Below are positions 26,673-36,784 of a stretch of DNA of 64,000 nt, in pieces (positions within the stretch are counted from its first letter, which is position 1; each line of letters starts with the position of its first letter). The notes under the pieces are model-generated. The model ran no database searches, was not told the origin of the DNA, and saw only the letters and a program-made list of their open reading frames with translations. Source of the stretch: Vulcanimicrobiota bacterium (lineage in GTDB: Bacteria > Vulcanimicrobiota > Xenobia > Xenobiales > JADMJV01); assembly GCA_050250895.1 (NCBI GenBank), contig JBFWNU010000006.1, positions 87,513 through 151,512 of the forward strand. Reading direction: 5' to 3'. The position numbers were made by a program, and so were the translations under genes.

Positions 26673-27835
26673 TTCTCTACGTCGAGCCGTTCTCCGGCGC
26701 CAGCGGCGACATGCTACTGGGAGGTCTGTTGGGGCTGGGGGTTCCCCTCGAGCATTTACGGCGGGGCCTGAGCGGTCTCGGGTTGTCGGACTGGAGTCTC
26801 GATTACGAACAGGTCGAGCGGTGTTATCTGTCCTGCCATCGAGCCGTGGTGAAGGTTCCTGAAGAACATCATCATCGTCATCTTAGCGATATTCTGGAGT
26901 TGCTCGAGGCGGCCCAGCTCGTCCCCCGGGTCAGCCAGCGGGTAACTTCAATTTTCACCCGGTTGGCCCGGGCCGAGGCCGAGGTGCACGGCATCGACCT
27001 CGAGCAGGTGCACTTTCACGAGGTGGGTGCGGCCGATGCCATCCTCGATGTGGTCGGTTTTGCTCTCGGTCTGGAATGGCTAGGGGTAGACACTCTTTAC
27101 TGCGCCAGCTTTCCGCTGGGGGAAGGTCAGGTGAACTGTCAGCACGGGCTCATGCCCAATCCGGCCCCGGCCACCATGCGGCTGCTCGAGGGTTGGCCAC
27201 TGCGTTCGGTGGACTGCCGGGTCGAACTGGTCACCCCGACCGGGGCCGCCATCTTGACCGCCCTCGCTCAGCCGGGTCGGCCGGCGGGGGTGTTCAGGCT
27301 AGGGGCTTCGGCTCTGGGGGCCGGCTCACGCGAATTGGAGTTCCCCAACGTGGTGCGCCTCTCGCTGGGCAGCCAGGGGACGGCTGGCTGGGAGGACCTG
27401 GTGAGCCTCGAGAGCCATCTCGACGACTGTTCACCAGAGTGGCTGGGCCATCTGGTCGAGCTGCTCTTCGCGGCGGGAGCCCTCGAGGTCAGCTTCGAGG
27501 CCGTCACCATGAAGAAGTCTCGCCCCGGCCATTTGCTCTGGGTCTTGTGCCGCCCTGAGCTGTCCGAACCTTTGGCCAACATGATCCTGACCGAGACTAC
27601 CACCCTGGGTGTGCGCCGCCAGCCACTGGAGCGCTTGAGCCTTCCTCGGCACGAGAAGCAGGTGGCCACGCCTTACGGTTCTCTGACCCTCAAGTTGGCC
27701 ATCGACCCGGAAGGCCGGGTGCGGGCGACCCCGGAGTTCGAACAGGCGAAGTCGCTGGCCCGGCAGCATGAAGTCCCCTTGCGTCTGGTATTCGAGGCTG
27801 GTCTGAAGGCCTTCTGGGAGGAAGAATCGGTCTAG
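26669..27835 (+). CDS. larC: NPN cofactor nickel insertase
   Basis: GASGDMLLG, HHHRH, VHFHEVGAADAILD, PAPAT, TPTGAA, MKKSRPG, ETTTLGVR. Confidence 0.95.
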   Translation: MILYVEPFSGASGDMLLGGLLGLGVPLEHLRRGLSGLGLSDWSLDYEQVERCYLSCHRAVVKVPEEHHHRHLSDILELLEAAQLVPRVSQRVTSIFTRLARAEAEVHGIDLEQVHFHEVGAADAILDVVGFALGLEWLGVDTLYCASFPLGEGQVNCQHGLMPNPAPATMRLLEGWPLRSVDCRVELVTPTGAAILTALAQPGRPAGVFRLGASALGAGSRELEFPNVVRLSLGSQGTAGWEDLVSLESHLDDCSPEWLGHLVELLFAAGALEVSFEAVTMKKSRPGHLLWVLCRPELSEPLANMILTETTTLGVRRQPLERLSLPRHEKQVATPYGSLTLKLAIDPEGRVRATPEFEQAKSLARQHEVPLRLVFEAGLKAFWEEESV

Positions 27836-27959
27836 GAGAAAAATGTTAACAATTAGGCAACATCAAGTTTTCATGCCGTTAACGGTTCTTTGAGGGTGCC
27901 TAACCTATAATGAATCCTGATATAATATCGGGGCGGAAACTTAGACCTCCGGAGGTAAG

Positions 27960-28991
27960 ATGTTCAATTCCATCAATATGCTACCCGCACTGGGCTCCCT
28001 GGCAGGATCCTTTGGTGGAGGCGGCGGCGGTTACGGGATTGGCTTCTCGATTCTCTCCAGCCTGGTGGGCCAACTGCTTCAGGGCTCGCAGAATTACGGC
28101 TCGAGCTACGGCGCCGACTATGCCGCCGGGGCCAATTTTCAGCCTCCCAACCTGAGCACCCTGGGCTCTTACAACAATTATTTCGGCTCGGCCAATCAGG
28201 GCCAGGCTCAAGCCTTCAACCCTATCAGTGCCGCCAGTTACTCGAGCTACGGAAACGCTTACGCCGGCCAGGCCGGTTATCAGTACGGCACCCACGCGGC
28301 CAGTTACGCCCCGGCTCCCGCTCAGGCCCAGTCTCAGTACTTCGGCAGTTACTACCCGCAGCGTGCCGACGCTCGCCAGACGGTGACCAACCTGAATATC
28401 TCGGGCAACCTCTCGGGTTACGTTCAAAATTACGGCAACTACTTCGGTTCGTATCAGCCGCAGCAGGGCTACGGCGCCCAGAGCTACGGACAGGGTTATG
28501 GCGCCCAGGGTTACGGTGCGCAGGGCTACGGACAGGGTTATGGCGCCCAGGGTTACGGCGCGCCCTCCTACTATGGAAATTTTGTTCAGGCACCGACCTA
28601 CGTGCAGACCAACGCGCCCCAGAACAACTACTACATCTTCAACACCCAGGGCAATTTTTACGGTCACGCCCACACCCTGAACGGTCACCTGTCCGGTCAG
28701 GTCGGCGGACCCAACCGCTACGGAGGCCGTCATCACCACCACCATCATTACGAGCCACCTGCACCCCCTACGGTGCCCACCCCGACCATGTCGACCCCTT
28801 TGCCCCCGCGGGCCGAGCCGACTCCGCCACCGGTGACGCAGCAGACCCCACCGCCCGCTCCGGCGCCGTTCCCGGCCCCGCCGCCAACCAATCCCGTCTC
28901 GACCTTCCCGCCGGCTTTCCAGGGGCTGGGTATTGGCAACACCCCGGTCGACATCTTTACGCTCCAGGCTCAGTCAAGGTTTTTCGGCTAA
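27960..28991 (+). CDS. Low-complexity Gly/Tyr/Gln/Ser/Asn-rich protein with His6 and a Pro-rich tail
   Basis: SD GGAGGT before ATG, QGYGA repeats, and a terminator directly downstream. Confidence 0.8.
   Translation: MFNSINMLPALGSLAGSFGGGGGGYGIGFSILSSLVGQLLQGSQNYGSSYGADYAAGANFQPPNLSTLGSYNNYFGSANQGQAQAFNPISAASYSSYGNAYAGQAGYQYGTHAASYAPAPAQAQSQYFGSYYPQRADARQTVTNLNISGNLSGYVQNYGNYFGSYQPQQGYGAQSYGQGYGAQGYGAQGYGQGYGAQGYGAPSYYGNFVQAPTYVQTNAPQNNYYIFNTQGNFYGHAHTLNGHLSGQVGGPNRYGGRHHHHHHYEPPAPPTVPTPTMSTPLPPRAEPTPPPVTQQTPPPAPAPFPAPPPTNPVSTFPPAFQGLGIGNTPVDIFTLQAQSRFFG
28464..28563 (+). repeat. In-frame QGYG(A) coding repeat, 12/15-bp units with a 42-bp duplication
   Basis: GCTACGGACAGGGTTATGGCGCCCAGGGTTACGG occurs at 28483 and 28525. 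Confidence 0.85.
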
Positions 28992-29007
28992 GGCTAGCCA
29001 ATATAAG

Positions 29008-29034
29008 CAAAAAGGCCCTGGACGGGCCTTTTTG
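29008..29034 (+). terminator. Rho-independent terminator (bidirectional shape)
   Basis: CAAAAAGGCCC-tggac-GGGCCTTTTTG perfect inverted repeat after the stop at 28991. Confidence 0.85.
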
Positions 29035-29078
29035 ATTTGGTTTACAACTGTTAGGGGTTGGGCAGTTTGGAGGTAGGT

Positions 29079-29642
29079 ATGGCTAAAGGTCGTGTCCAGA
29101 TGATCGAAGCGGCCGCGCGACTGATCCATAAGCAGGGTTATCACGCGACCGGACTAGCCGAGGTGGTCGACAAGAGCGGCGCGCCTCGCGGCTCCATTTA
29201 TCACTACTTTCCTCGCGGCAAGAATCAACTGGTCGAGGAGGCAATCGAGTCGGCCTGCTCCCGACTGGTGGGCTATCTCGAACCTTTGATGGCCGCAGCC
29301 GGCAATCCGGTAGCAGCGCTTGACCGCTTAGCCCAAGAAGCCACGGTCCAGCTCGAAAAGTCGCAGTTCAAGTATGGGTGTCCTTTTGTGCTGACCGCGC
29401 TCGAAGCCGGCTCGACCCAAGACGACATTCGCCAGCGCTGTGCCGCCGCCTATGGCCAGGTGCAAGGCTTGATTCGGCGCCACGCGTGTCCTGCGCAGAT
29501 GGATGAAGCCAGGGCCGAAGAACTGTCCCTTTTTCTGTTCTCGAGCTTTCAAGGTGCCTTCATCACCAGCCAGACCCTGCACGATGTCAGGCCTCTGCAG
29601 ATGTTCCGGCGGCAATTGCCTGCGCTGCTGGCTCAGGAATGA
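29079..29642 (+). CDS. TetR/AcrR-family transcriptional regulator
   Basis: GYHATGLAEVVDKSGAPRGSIYHYFPRGK; C-terminal GCP motif. Confidence 0.92.
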   Translation: MAKGRVQMIEAAARLIHKQGYHATGLAEVVDKSGAPRGSIYHYFPRGKNQLVEEAIESACSRLVGYLEPLMAAAGNPVAALDRLAQEATVQLEKSQFKYGCPFVLTALEAGSTQDDIRQRCAAAYGQVQGLIRRHACPAQMDEARAEELSLFLFSSFQGAFITSQTLHDVRPLQMFRRQLPALLAQE

Positions 29643-30223
29643 AGATCCACCAGGCGGCCTACGTCCAGAGCGCGCCTTCTCTAGCTGAGGCGCCGGACCT
29701 GGGCGGAGTGCCGGAGTTTGCTCTCGTGGGCCGTTCCAATGTCGGTAAATCTTCGTTCATCAATCGGGTCCTTAGCCGGCGCAATTTGGCCCGAACCAGC
29801 AACACCCCGGGCAAGACCCGAATGCTGAACTTCTATCTCGTCGATGAGCGCTGGGCCTTTGTCGACTTGCCTGGCTACGGTTACGCCAAAGTCTCGAAAG
29901 AAGAGAAGAGGTCCTGGCAAAAGAACCTCGAGGAATTCTTGTTGATGCGCGAGCCCTTGACCCACGTTTTTCAGATGGTCGACTCGCGGCACGGTCCTCA
30001 GGCCAACGACCTCGAGATGATGGCCTGGCTTCGCCACCACGACCTGGGCTTTACAGTCGTCATGACCAAGGCCGACAAGGTGAAGAAGAGCCACCTCAAG
30101 ACCAAAGTCGACCAGTCGGCCCGACTGCTAGGGGTCGACCCGGGGCGCTTGCTGCTGTTTTCGGCCGAGACCGGACTGGGACGGGATCAGGCTGTGGACC
30201 TTATCGCCTCTTGTCTGGGCTAG
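29639..30223 (+). CDS. yihA: Ribosome biogenesis GTPase YihA/YsxC/EngB
   Basis: GRSNVGKSS, ARTSNTPGKT, DLPGYGYAK, TKADK. Confidence 0.96.
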   Translation: MKIHQAAYVQSAPSLAEAPDLGGVPEFALVGRSNVGKSSFINRVLSRRNLARTSNTPGKTRMLNFYLVDERWAFVDLPGYGYAKVSKEEKRSWQKNLEEFLLMREPLTHVFQMVDSRHGPQANDLEMMAWLRHHDLGFTVVMTKADKVKKSHLKTKVDQSARLLGVDPGRLLLFSAETGLGRDQAVDLIASCLG

Positions 30224-31335
30224 TCGAGCGGACGGCCGCCGAAATCGTGGGCTGAGCAAACTCGATTCTTGCCCTCGGCTTTGGCCCGATACATGGCCTC
30301 ATCGGCCAGGCGAATGAACCGGTGGCGCTTGGCGCGTAGGTCCTGGCCGGCAAGCTGGCAGTGCTTGAGGCTAGCCGTGCCCACACTGGCGGTGACCGCC
30401 CGCTCGAGCTTGAGGCCGGGATTGCCCTCGGCGTCGGGCTGGCAAAGCAAAACCGCGTTTTCTACCGCCCAACGGATCAGCTCGGCCTGCTGGGCGATGG
30501 TCTCGAGATCGGCTCCGGGCAGCAGGACCACATACTCATCGCCGCCGTATCTGGCCATCTTGGCTCCGGGGTGATCGACGGTGCGGGCCAGCAGCAATCC
30601 CACCTCGCGCAGAGCCTGGCTACCCACGAGGTGACCGTGGCGGTCGACCACCGACTTGAAGTGGTCGAGATCGAAAAAGATCAAGCCAAGGTTCTCTTGA
30701 GTCTGCTCGACCCGAGCCATCTCTCGCGAGACCACCTCGAAGAAATAGCGGTCGTTGTACAGCCCGGTGAGATGGTCCATCTTGGCCATCTCGGCATGGT
30801 GGCGCGCTTGCAACACTTCGTTGAGCGAGGCCGACACGTAGCCCGAAAAGACTTCCAACAGGGCCAAATCCTTTTCCAGGAACGGCCCTTCCGTGCGGTT
30901 GACCAGTGAGAGCACCCCGATGGGCGAGGCCCCGATGAGAATGGGAACGCATAGCAGCGAACGGGTCTCATGTTCGATCTCGGTATCGATATTGTCGTAG
31001 AAGTTCTGGTTCGAGCGAGGATCGTTGGCCACTGCTGGCTCACCACTGCGGTATACCGAGCCACTGATGCCGCGGCCCGGGGGCACCACTCGTCCCACCA
31101 GATTCTCGGCCCCCTCGCCGAAGCTGGCCACGAACACCAGCTGGTCGACGGTTTGACCATCGCGCAGCAGAATCGAACCCGAGCGCGAGGGAACGAACTG
31201 GTTGGCCACCCGCAGGATTTCTTTGAAAATCTCGTCCAGACGCCGGTCCACGCTCAAGCTGAGAGCAGCTGCATCCTCGAGCAGCGAGGCGATAGAGTTG
31301 GATTCAAGACTGTGAATGCGTTCTGTCTCGCCCAT
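30220..31335 (-). CDS. GAF + GGDEF diguanylate cyclase
   Basis: GAF (TRSLLCVPI...GVLSLVNR), DHLTGLYN, DLDHFK, RYGGDEY, ADEAMYRAK..GKN. Confidence 0.9.
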   Translation of the reverse strand: MGETERIHSLESNSIASLLEDAAALSLSVDRRLDEIFKEILRVANQFVPSRSGSILLRDGQTVDQLVFVASFGEGAENLVGRVVPPGRGISGSVYRSGEPAVANDPRSNQNFYDNIDTEIEHETRSLLCVPILIGASPIGVLSLVNRTEGPFLEKDLALLEVFSGYVSASLNEVLQARHHAEMAKMDHLTGLYNDRYFFEVVSREMARVEQTQENLGLIFFDLDHFKSVVDRHGHLVGSQALREVGLLLARTVDHPGAKMARYGGDEYVVLLPGADLETIAQQAELIRWAVENAVLLCQPDAEGNPGLKLERAVTASVGTASLKHCQLAGQDLRAKRHRFIRLADEAMYRAKAEGKNRVCSAHDFGGRPLD

Positions 31336-31443
31336 CGTTATTTTTGCGAAGTTCGGGTGTGCTTTTCCTGTTGGGTGGGAAGGAGATCCCTTGGGTCTGT
31401 CACAATCAGGCCAGTTCTCCCCACACAAACAAAGGAGTAAGCA

Positions 31444-32067
31444 ATGAAAGAACGCCGCATCACCAACCGATTTCCCAGCGATTGCCTGGTCCGCTACGGC
31501 CGGCCCGGTAACTATTGCGTGGGGGTGGTCAAGGATATCAGTCTGGATGGGCTGCGTCTGTCTTGCCAACAGCCGCTAGACCTCGGTGAAGAAATCGAGA
31601 TCGCGCCGCTCGACTTCAACGACGCCAGCCCGGTGGTTTGTTGGGTGCAATGGAGCGAGCATTCCCGTCAAACGGCTCAGGCCGGCCTGCAGTTTCAGGC
31701 TCCCGTGGCGCGCGTGATGGGCACCTGGGTGGGTGGCCTGCTGCGCGGTCAGAACGACCTTTTACAGCGACGAAGTCACGTGCGCGTGCCGCTCGAGCTA
31801 CCGGTAACGGTGTCCGAGTCGGGCATCTCCGTGCAGGGTCGCCTGGTCGACCTGTGCGAAGGTGGCGGACTGCTCTCCTGTTCTTCGCTGTTTTCGACCG
31901 GAACCCAATTGAGCCTGAGCGCCGAGGGTCTCGACGCGGTCGAGGCTGTGGTCATGGCTGGCCGCTTCGCTCAGGACAGCTGGAACTACAGCTTGCGCTT
32001 CGAGAGCCTCTCGTCCGCTCAGGCAACCCAGATCGAGGCCCTCTGCTGCGGTTACTGCCTGGCTTAG
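31444..32067 (+). CDS. Tandem PilZ-domain protein
   Basis: RRITNRF...DISLDG and RRSHVRV...DLCEGG. SD AAGGAG. Confidence 0.85.
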   Translation: MKERRITNRFPSDCLVRYGRPGNYCVGVVKDISLDGLRLSCQQPLDLGEEIEIAPLDFNDASPVVCWVQWSEHSRQTAQAGLQFQAPVARVMGTWVGGLLRGQNDLLQRRSHVRVPLELPVTVSESGISVQGRLVDLCEGGGLLSCSSLFSTGTQLSLSAEGLDAVEAVVMAGRFAQDSWNYSLRFESLSSAQATQIEALCCGYCLA

Positions 32068-32117
32068 GTGGGCTTAGGTTTTCGCCTCCTCGATGGGTGG
32101 TTGGCATGCTGGGATTT

Positions 32118-32262
32118 AACGCGGAGATCACGCGGAGGAGCGCCGAGGTCGCGGAGAGGTTGGCACGACTGGAGCGTTGGAGCCCGAACGAATTTGTTGC
32201 CAGGGCGCTCACCCCACGCCCCCCACAACCCTCTCCGTGACCTCCGCGAGCTCCGCGGTTTC
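32118..32262. repeat. REP-like long imperfect inverted repeat between convergent genes
   Basis: GAGGTCGCGGAGAGGTTG (32145-32162) pairs with CAACCCTCTCCGTGACCTC (32226-32244), flanked by CGCGGAG / CTCCGCG units. Confidence 0.7.
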
Positions 32263-32334
32263 AACAACGGGCGGGCGCAGACAGCCCCGGGTTAGCGCCC
32301 CCCGGGCGCGGCCGCAACGGGCAAGCGCCCCTGG

Positions 32335-34002
<1,668 letters not shown>

Positions 34003-34099
34003 CGCCCGCCAATTCGCAGTCGGCGCCAACCAACCTGCTGGCGCCGGGCCGGCGAGGAGGAACGAAGAGCTTCCCTCTTGCTAGCGACCGCCAGCGAAG

Positions 34100-34408
34100 T
34101 TAGCGATGGGTGAAGACGCCGCCAGCCGACATGCCCGAACGCATGCCGGATACGGCTTGACCGCTGGCGATGAAGCCGCTCTGCATGCCCGTCGAAGGGC
34201 CCTGGGAGAGGCTGAAATTCGAGGATTGGGGGGCGAATTGGGCCTGCAGGCCGGACACGATGTGAGCCACGCCATTGCTGGGCGGGCAGGCTTCGGGAGG
34301 ATTGAGGACGATCGCATCCGAGGGACCGCTTTCGAGGCTACGGGCGGGGCGCGGCGGGTTGATCTCACCACCGATGAGATTGGTTCTGATGCCTGAGATT
34401 GGTTGCAT
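34100..34408 (-). CDS. Small S/G/P-rich hypothetical protein
   Basis: SD GGAGGT five bases before ATG (MQPISGIR...). Confidence 0.6.
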   Translation of the reverse strand: MQPISGIRTNLIGGEINPPRPARSLESGPSDAIVLNPPEACPPSNGVAHIVSGLQAQFAPQSSNFSLSQGPSTGMQSGFIASGQAVSGMRSGMSAGGVFTHR

Positions 34409-34467
34409 ACTACACCTCCGCCTGCTTTGGTTTTCACGACGCGGAGCCGGGCCGTAAAGACAGAAGT

Positions 34468-34485
34468 TGTAACGGTTAAGTTACT
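34468..34485. promoter_or_regulatory. Palindromic operator candidate GTAAC-N6-GTTAC
   Basis: tGTAAC ggttaa GTTACt in the AT-rich gap upstream of the 34408 gene. Confidence 0.5.
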
Positions 34486-34508
34486 TGTTGATGAACACGA
34501 TGTTCACA

Positions 34509-34799
34509 TCATTGTCGGTGCTGAGGGGGCGCCGGGGGGGCGATGGAGCCGGGCAGGGGCCGCGGCTCGGGCATGCGCACCCGGCCGCGGACGGTCGGTT
34601 CGGGTTTGGGTGGGGGAGGACACGGGTGGGGCGGAGGTGGCGAGGGTTGGGGCGAGAGGCGCTTTTCGACCGAGGGTGGCAGTTCCCACCCCTCGAGTTC
34701 TTCGGCTCGGGTCAAGAAGGCGCTGGCCGAGAGGGCGCCGGTGGCGAACAGGAGGTTGGCCAAGAATTCACGGCGGCGGAGCTGGTTTTGTTCAGGCAT
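34509..34799 (-). CDS. Small Pro-rich protein with a twin-arginine (Tat)-like signal
   Basis: LRRREFL followed by a hydrophobic stretch; Pro-rich C-terminus. Confidence 0.65.
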   Translation of the reverse strand: MPEQNQLRRREFLANLLFATGALSASAFLTRAEELEGWELPPSVEKRLSPQPSPPPPHPCPPPPKPEPTVRGRVRMPEPRPLPGSIAPPAPPQHRQ

Positions 34800-34826
34800 G
34801 CTCTGTCGGTCGCCAGTGGCCGGGGC

Positions 34827-36206
34827 TTATTCCCGCAGACGGTCAAAGGCCAGTTGTTGGCGGGGGGTGAGTTCGCGTTGGGCCAACCAGTTGAGCAGCG
34901 GCTCGAGTGGCACGGCTGGGGCAGCCTCGGGCTGGCGGAGAGGAGGGCTCGGTGGCGGGGGTAGACGACAGTCGAGGGTGGGGTCGGCTGCGCTGGCCGG
35001 GGCCACTAGCCTCGAGGCTTCTTGGACTCTTCCCAGGGCTTGGTGGCAGCGAGCCATGGCCAGCTGTAGCCTGGGAGTGGGGTCGAGTTGCCGGTAGAAC
35101 TCCAGCGCCTTTTCGAAGTCGCCGCCCAGGTGATAGAGGATGGCCAGGCTGCGGGCGGGTTGCGAGGGGCCATGAGGAATCTCGAAGAGGTGTTGCTCGC
35201 TGGCCCGCAGCACTGTCAAGAGAGGGGCCGAAGGAGCTTTGCGCAAGAGCGGTGTCAGTTCCTGGATGAGGTGGGGGCAACACTCGCCCAGCCAGACCAG
35301 GGATAGAGCCACCTCGGGTGGGGCCTTGGCGGCGGCCACCAGATCCCACAGGATGATCAAGTCGACCACCGTCATCTCGGGACTGGTCTCGACTGGTTCG
35401 CTGCCCAGAAGCACGGTGCGAAAACGGGCCTCGCCAGCCCAGGGAGTGGAAAGGGTTCGCTGGCGGGTTGAGCCGAGCAAGCTGAAATCCACCGGCAGCG
35501 AGAGGCTGCCGCCGTGGCGGACCACCGGCAGACGATCGTAATCGGTCCATTCCTCGGCTGACAGGAAGCCTTTGTCAGACACCAGCCAGCGGCTCTGGCC
35601 CAGTCGCTGCCACAATCCGGCAGCTGTGACCGGAAAGAGGAACTGGCCGTTGCGCAACCGGCGGGCCTGAGCCAGGCAGGCTGAATTCCACGCCTCATGG
35701 CGGTAGGGGGTCGAGGTCGGCTGACGGGCTATCTCGGCCGGGAAAGAACGGGGCTCGGTCTCGACGGCGAACAGGCGCCCCTCTTCGGTGAGGAACAGGT
35801 CTTGGGGCAGGGCTCCCAGCAGGTAGTTCGAGATGGTCAGATCGATGCCGTTGGCTTGGTCGCGGGTGGCATCAAAGAGAGCCAGTTCGAGCGTGCCCTG
35901 GCTTATCCACGGCTCCAATCTGGGATGTCCGGCGAGAAAATCCAGATTGGACTGGCAGAAATCGGTGGCTCGGTAGCGGAACGGCCGGTCGAAGCAGCGG
36001 CTGAAATAGTGCAGGAACCTGGCCGCGAATTTGCCGCTACCGGCCCCCAGTTCGAGAATGGCGGGGTGGGCCTCACCGGCTAGCAGGCGAGCCGCCAGGC
36101 GCGCCATTTGCCGGGCAAAGAACGGGCTGTTCGTGCCGTAGTGGGGGACCGCCTTCCAGGCAGCCACTCCCTGGCTACGATAGAACTCGCGCTGTGACTC
36201 CCACAG
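34827..36206 (-). CDS. SAM-dependent methyltransferase (MidA/NDUFAF7-like) with TPR-like C-terminus
   Basis: VPHYGTNSP, ILELGAGSGKFA, ISNYLLGALPQD, DKG; TPR-like LAILYHLGGDFEKALEFY. Start uncertain. Confidence 0.75.
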   Translation of the reverse strand: MWESQREFYRSQGVAAWKAVPHYGTNSPFFARQMARLAARLLAGEAHPAILELGAGSGKFAARFLHYFSRCFDRPFRYRATDFCQSNLDFLAGHPRLEPWISQGTLELALFDATRDQANGIDLTISNYLLGALPQDLFLTEEGRLFAVETEPRSFPAEIARQPTSTPYRHEAWNSACLAQARRLRNGQFLFPVTAAGLWQRLGQSRWLVSDKGFLSAEEWTDYDRLPVVRHGGSLSLPVDFSLLGSTRQRTLSTPWAGEARFRTVLLGSEPVETSPEMTVVDLIILWDLVAAAKAPPEVALSLVWLGECCPHLIQELTPLLRKAPSAPLLTVLRASEQHLFEIPHGPSQPARSLAILYHLGGDFEKALEFYRQLDPTPRLQLAMARCHQALGRVQEASRLVAPASAADPTLDCRLPPPPSPPLRQPEAAPAVPLEPLLNWLAQRELTPRQQLAFDRLRE

Positions 36207-36259
36207 CGCACTCTGCGAGAGAAACTCTACTTGATCTCGCGCGATGGCCGGTGATCGTT

Positions 36260-36703
36260 CTAGTTTTGGCTACCGGTCCGGCCGCGTTGGCGACGGTCGT
36301 CCTTGGTAGGGTTGGCGGCCAGTACACACAGCGAGCGCTTGTGCTGGCCGTCCATCAAGATTTCGACGCTGTAGGCGCCGGCGGTGGGAATCGACATCTG
36401 CTGCAGCGACACGGCCAGCGGCATGATGATGTTTTCGCCGGCGCGGCCAGAGGTGGCCTTGCGGCCGACCTGAAAGTCGGCGTTGACTTCCGCCAGGCGG
36501 CGGCCGTCTTCGTCGAGGAGCACGATGTTCATCGTGTGTTGCCGGTTGGCTTCGGTGGGATGAATCTCGAGCAGGATTGCCAGAGTCACGCCCATCTGAG
36601 CGGGAAACTTTTCCCGCCATAGGCGGTTGATACCCCCACCGAGCACGTGAAGCAGGCCCTCTCGTACGGTGGCATAGTCGCACAGCATGGCTTCAATTGT
36701 CAT
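36260..36703 (-). CDS. Hypothetical beta-rich protein (DUF6941-like)
   Basis: LCDYA..REGLLHVLGGG ... AGAYSVEILMDG pattern. Confidence 0.65.
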   Translation of the reverse strand: MTIEAMLCDYATVREGLLHVLGGGINRLWREKFPAQMGVTLAILLEIHPTEANRQHTMNIVLLDEDGRRLAEVNADFQVGRKATSGRAGENIIMPLAVSLQQMSIPTAGAYSVEILMDGQHKRSLCVLAANPTKDDRRQRGRTGSQN

Positions 36704-36784
36704 GGGACGGGCGTTCTTGACCTGGATCGCTTTTCCTTTCAGGCTGAGCGGGGATGCCAGCCGGATGTCCCGAACGGCCGGCCT

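Noticed and set aside
26669-27835. Programmed frameshift in larC
   Set aside because: The ORF is continuous through both the N- and C-terminal LarC motifs.
28464-28563. CRISPR-like array
   Set aside because: The repeats are in-frame coding units with no unique spacers, and there are no cas genes.
34106-34396. Plus-strand 96-aa ORF
   Set aside because: It is antisense to a minus-strand ORF that has a clear GGAGGT SD.
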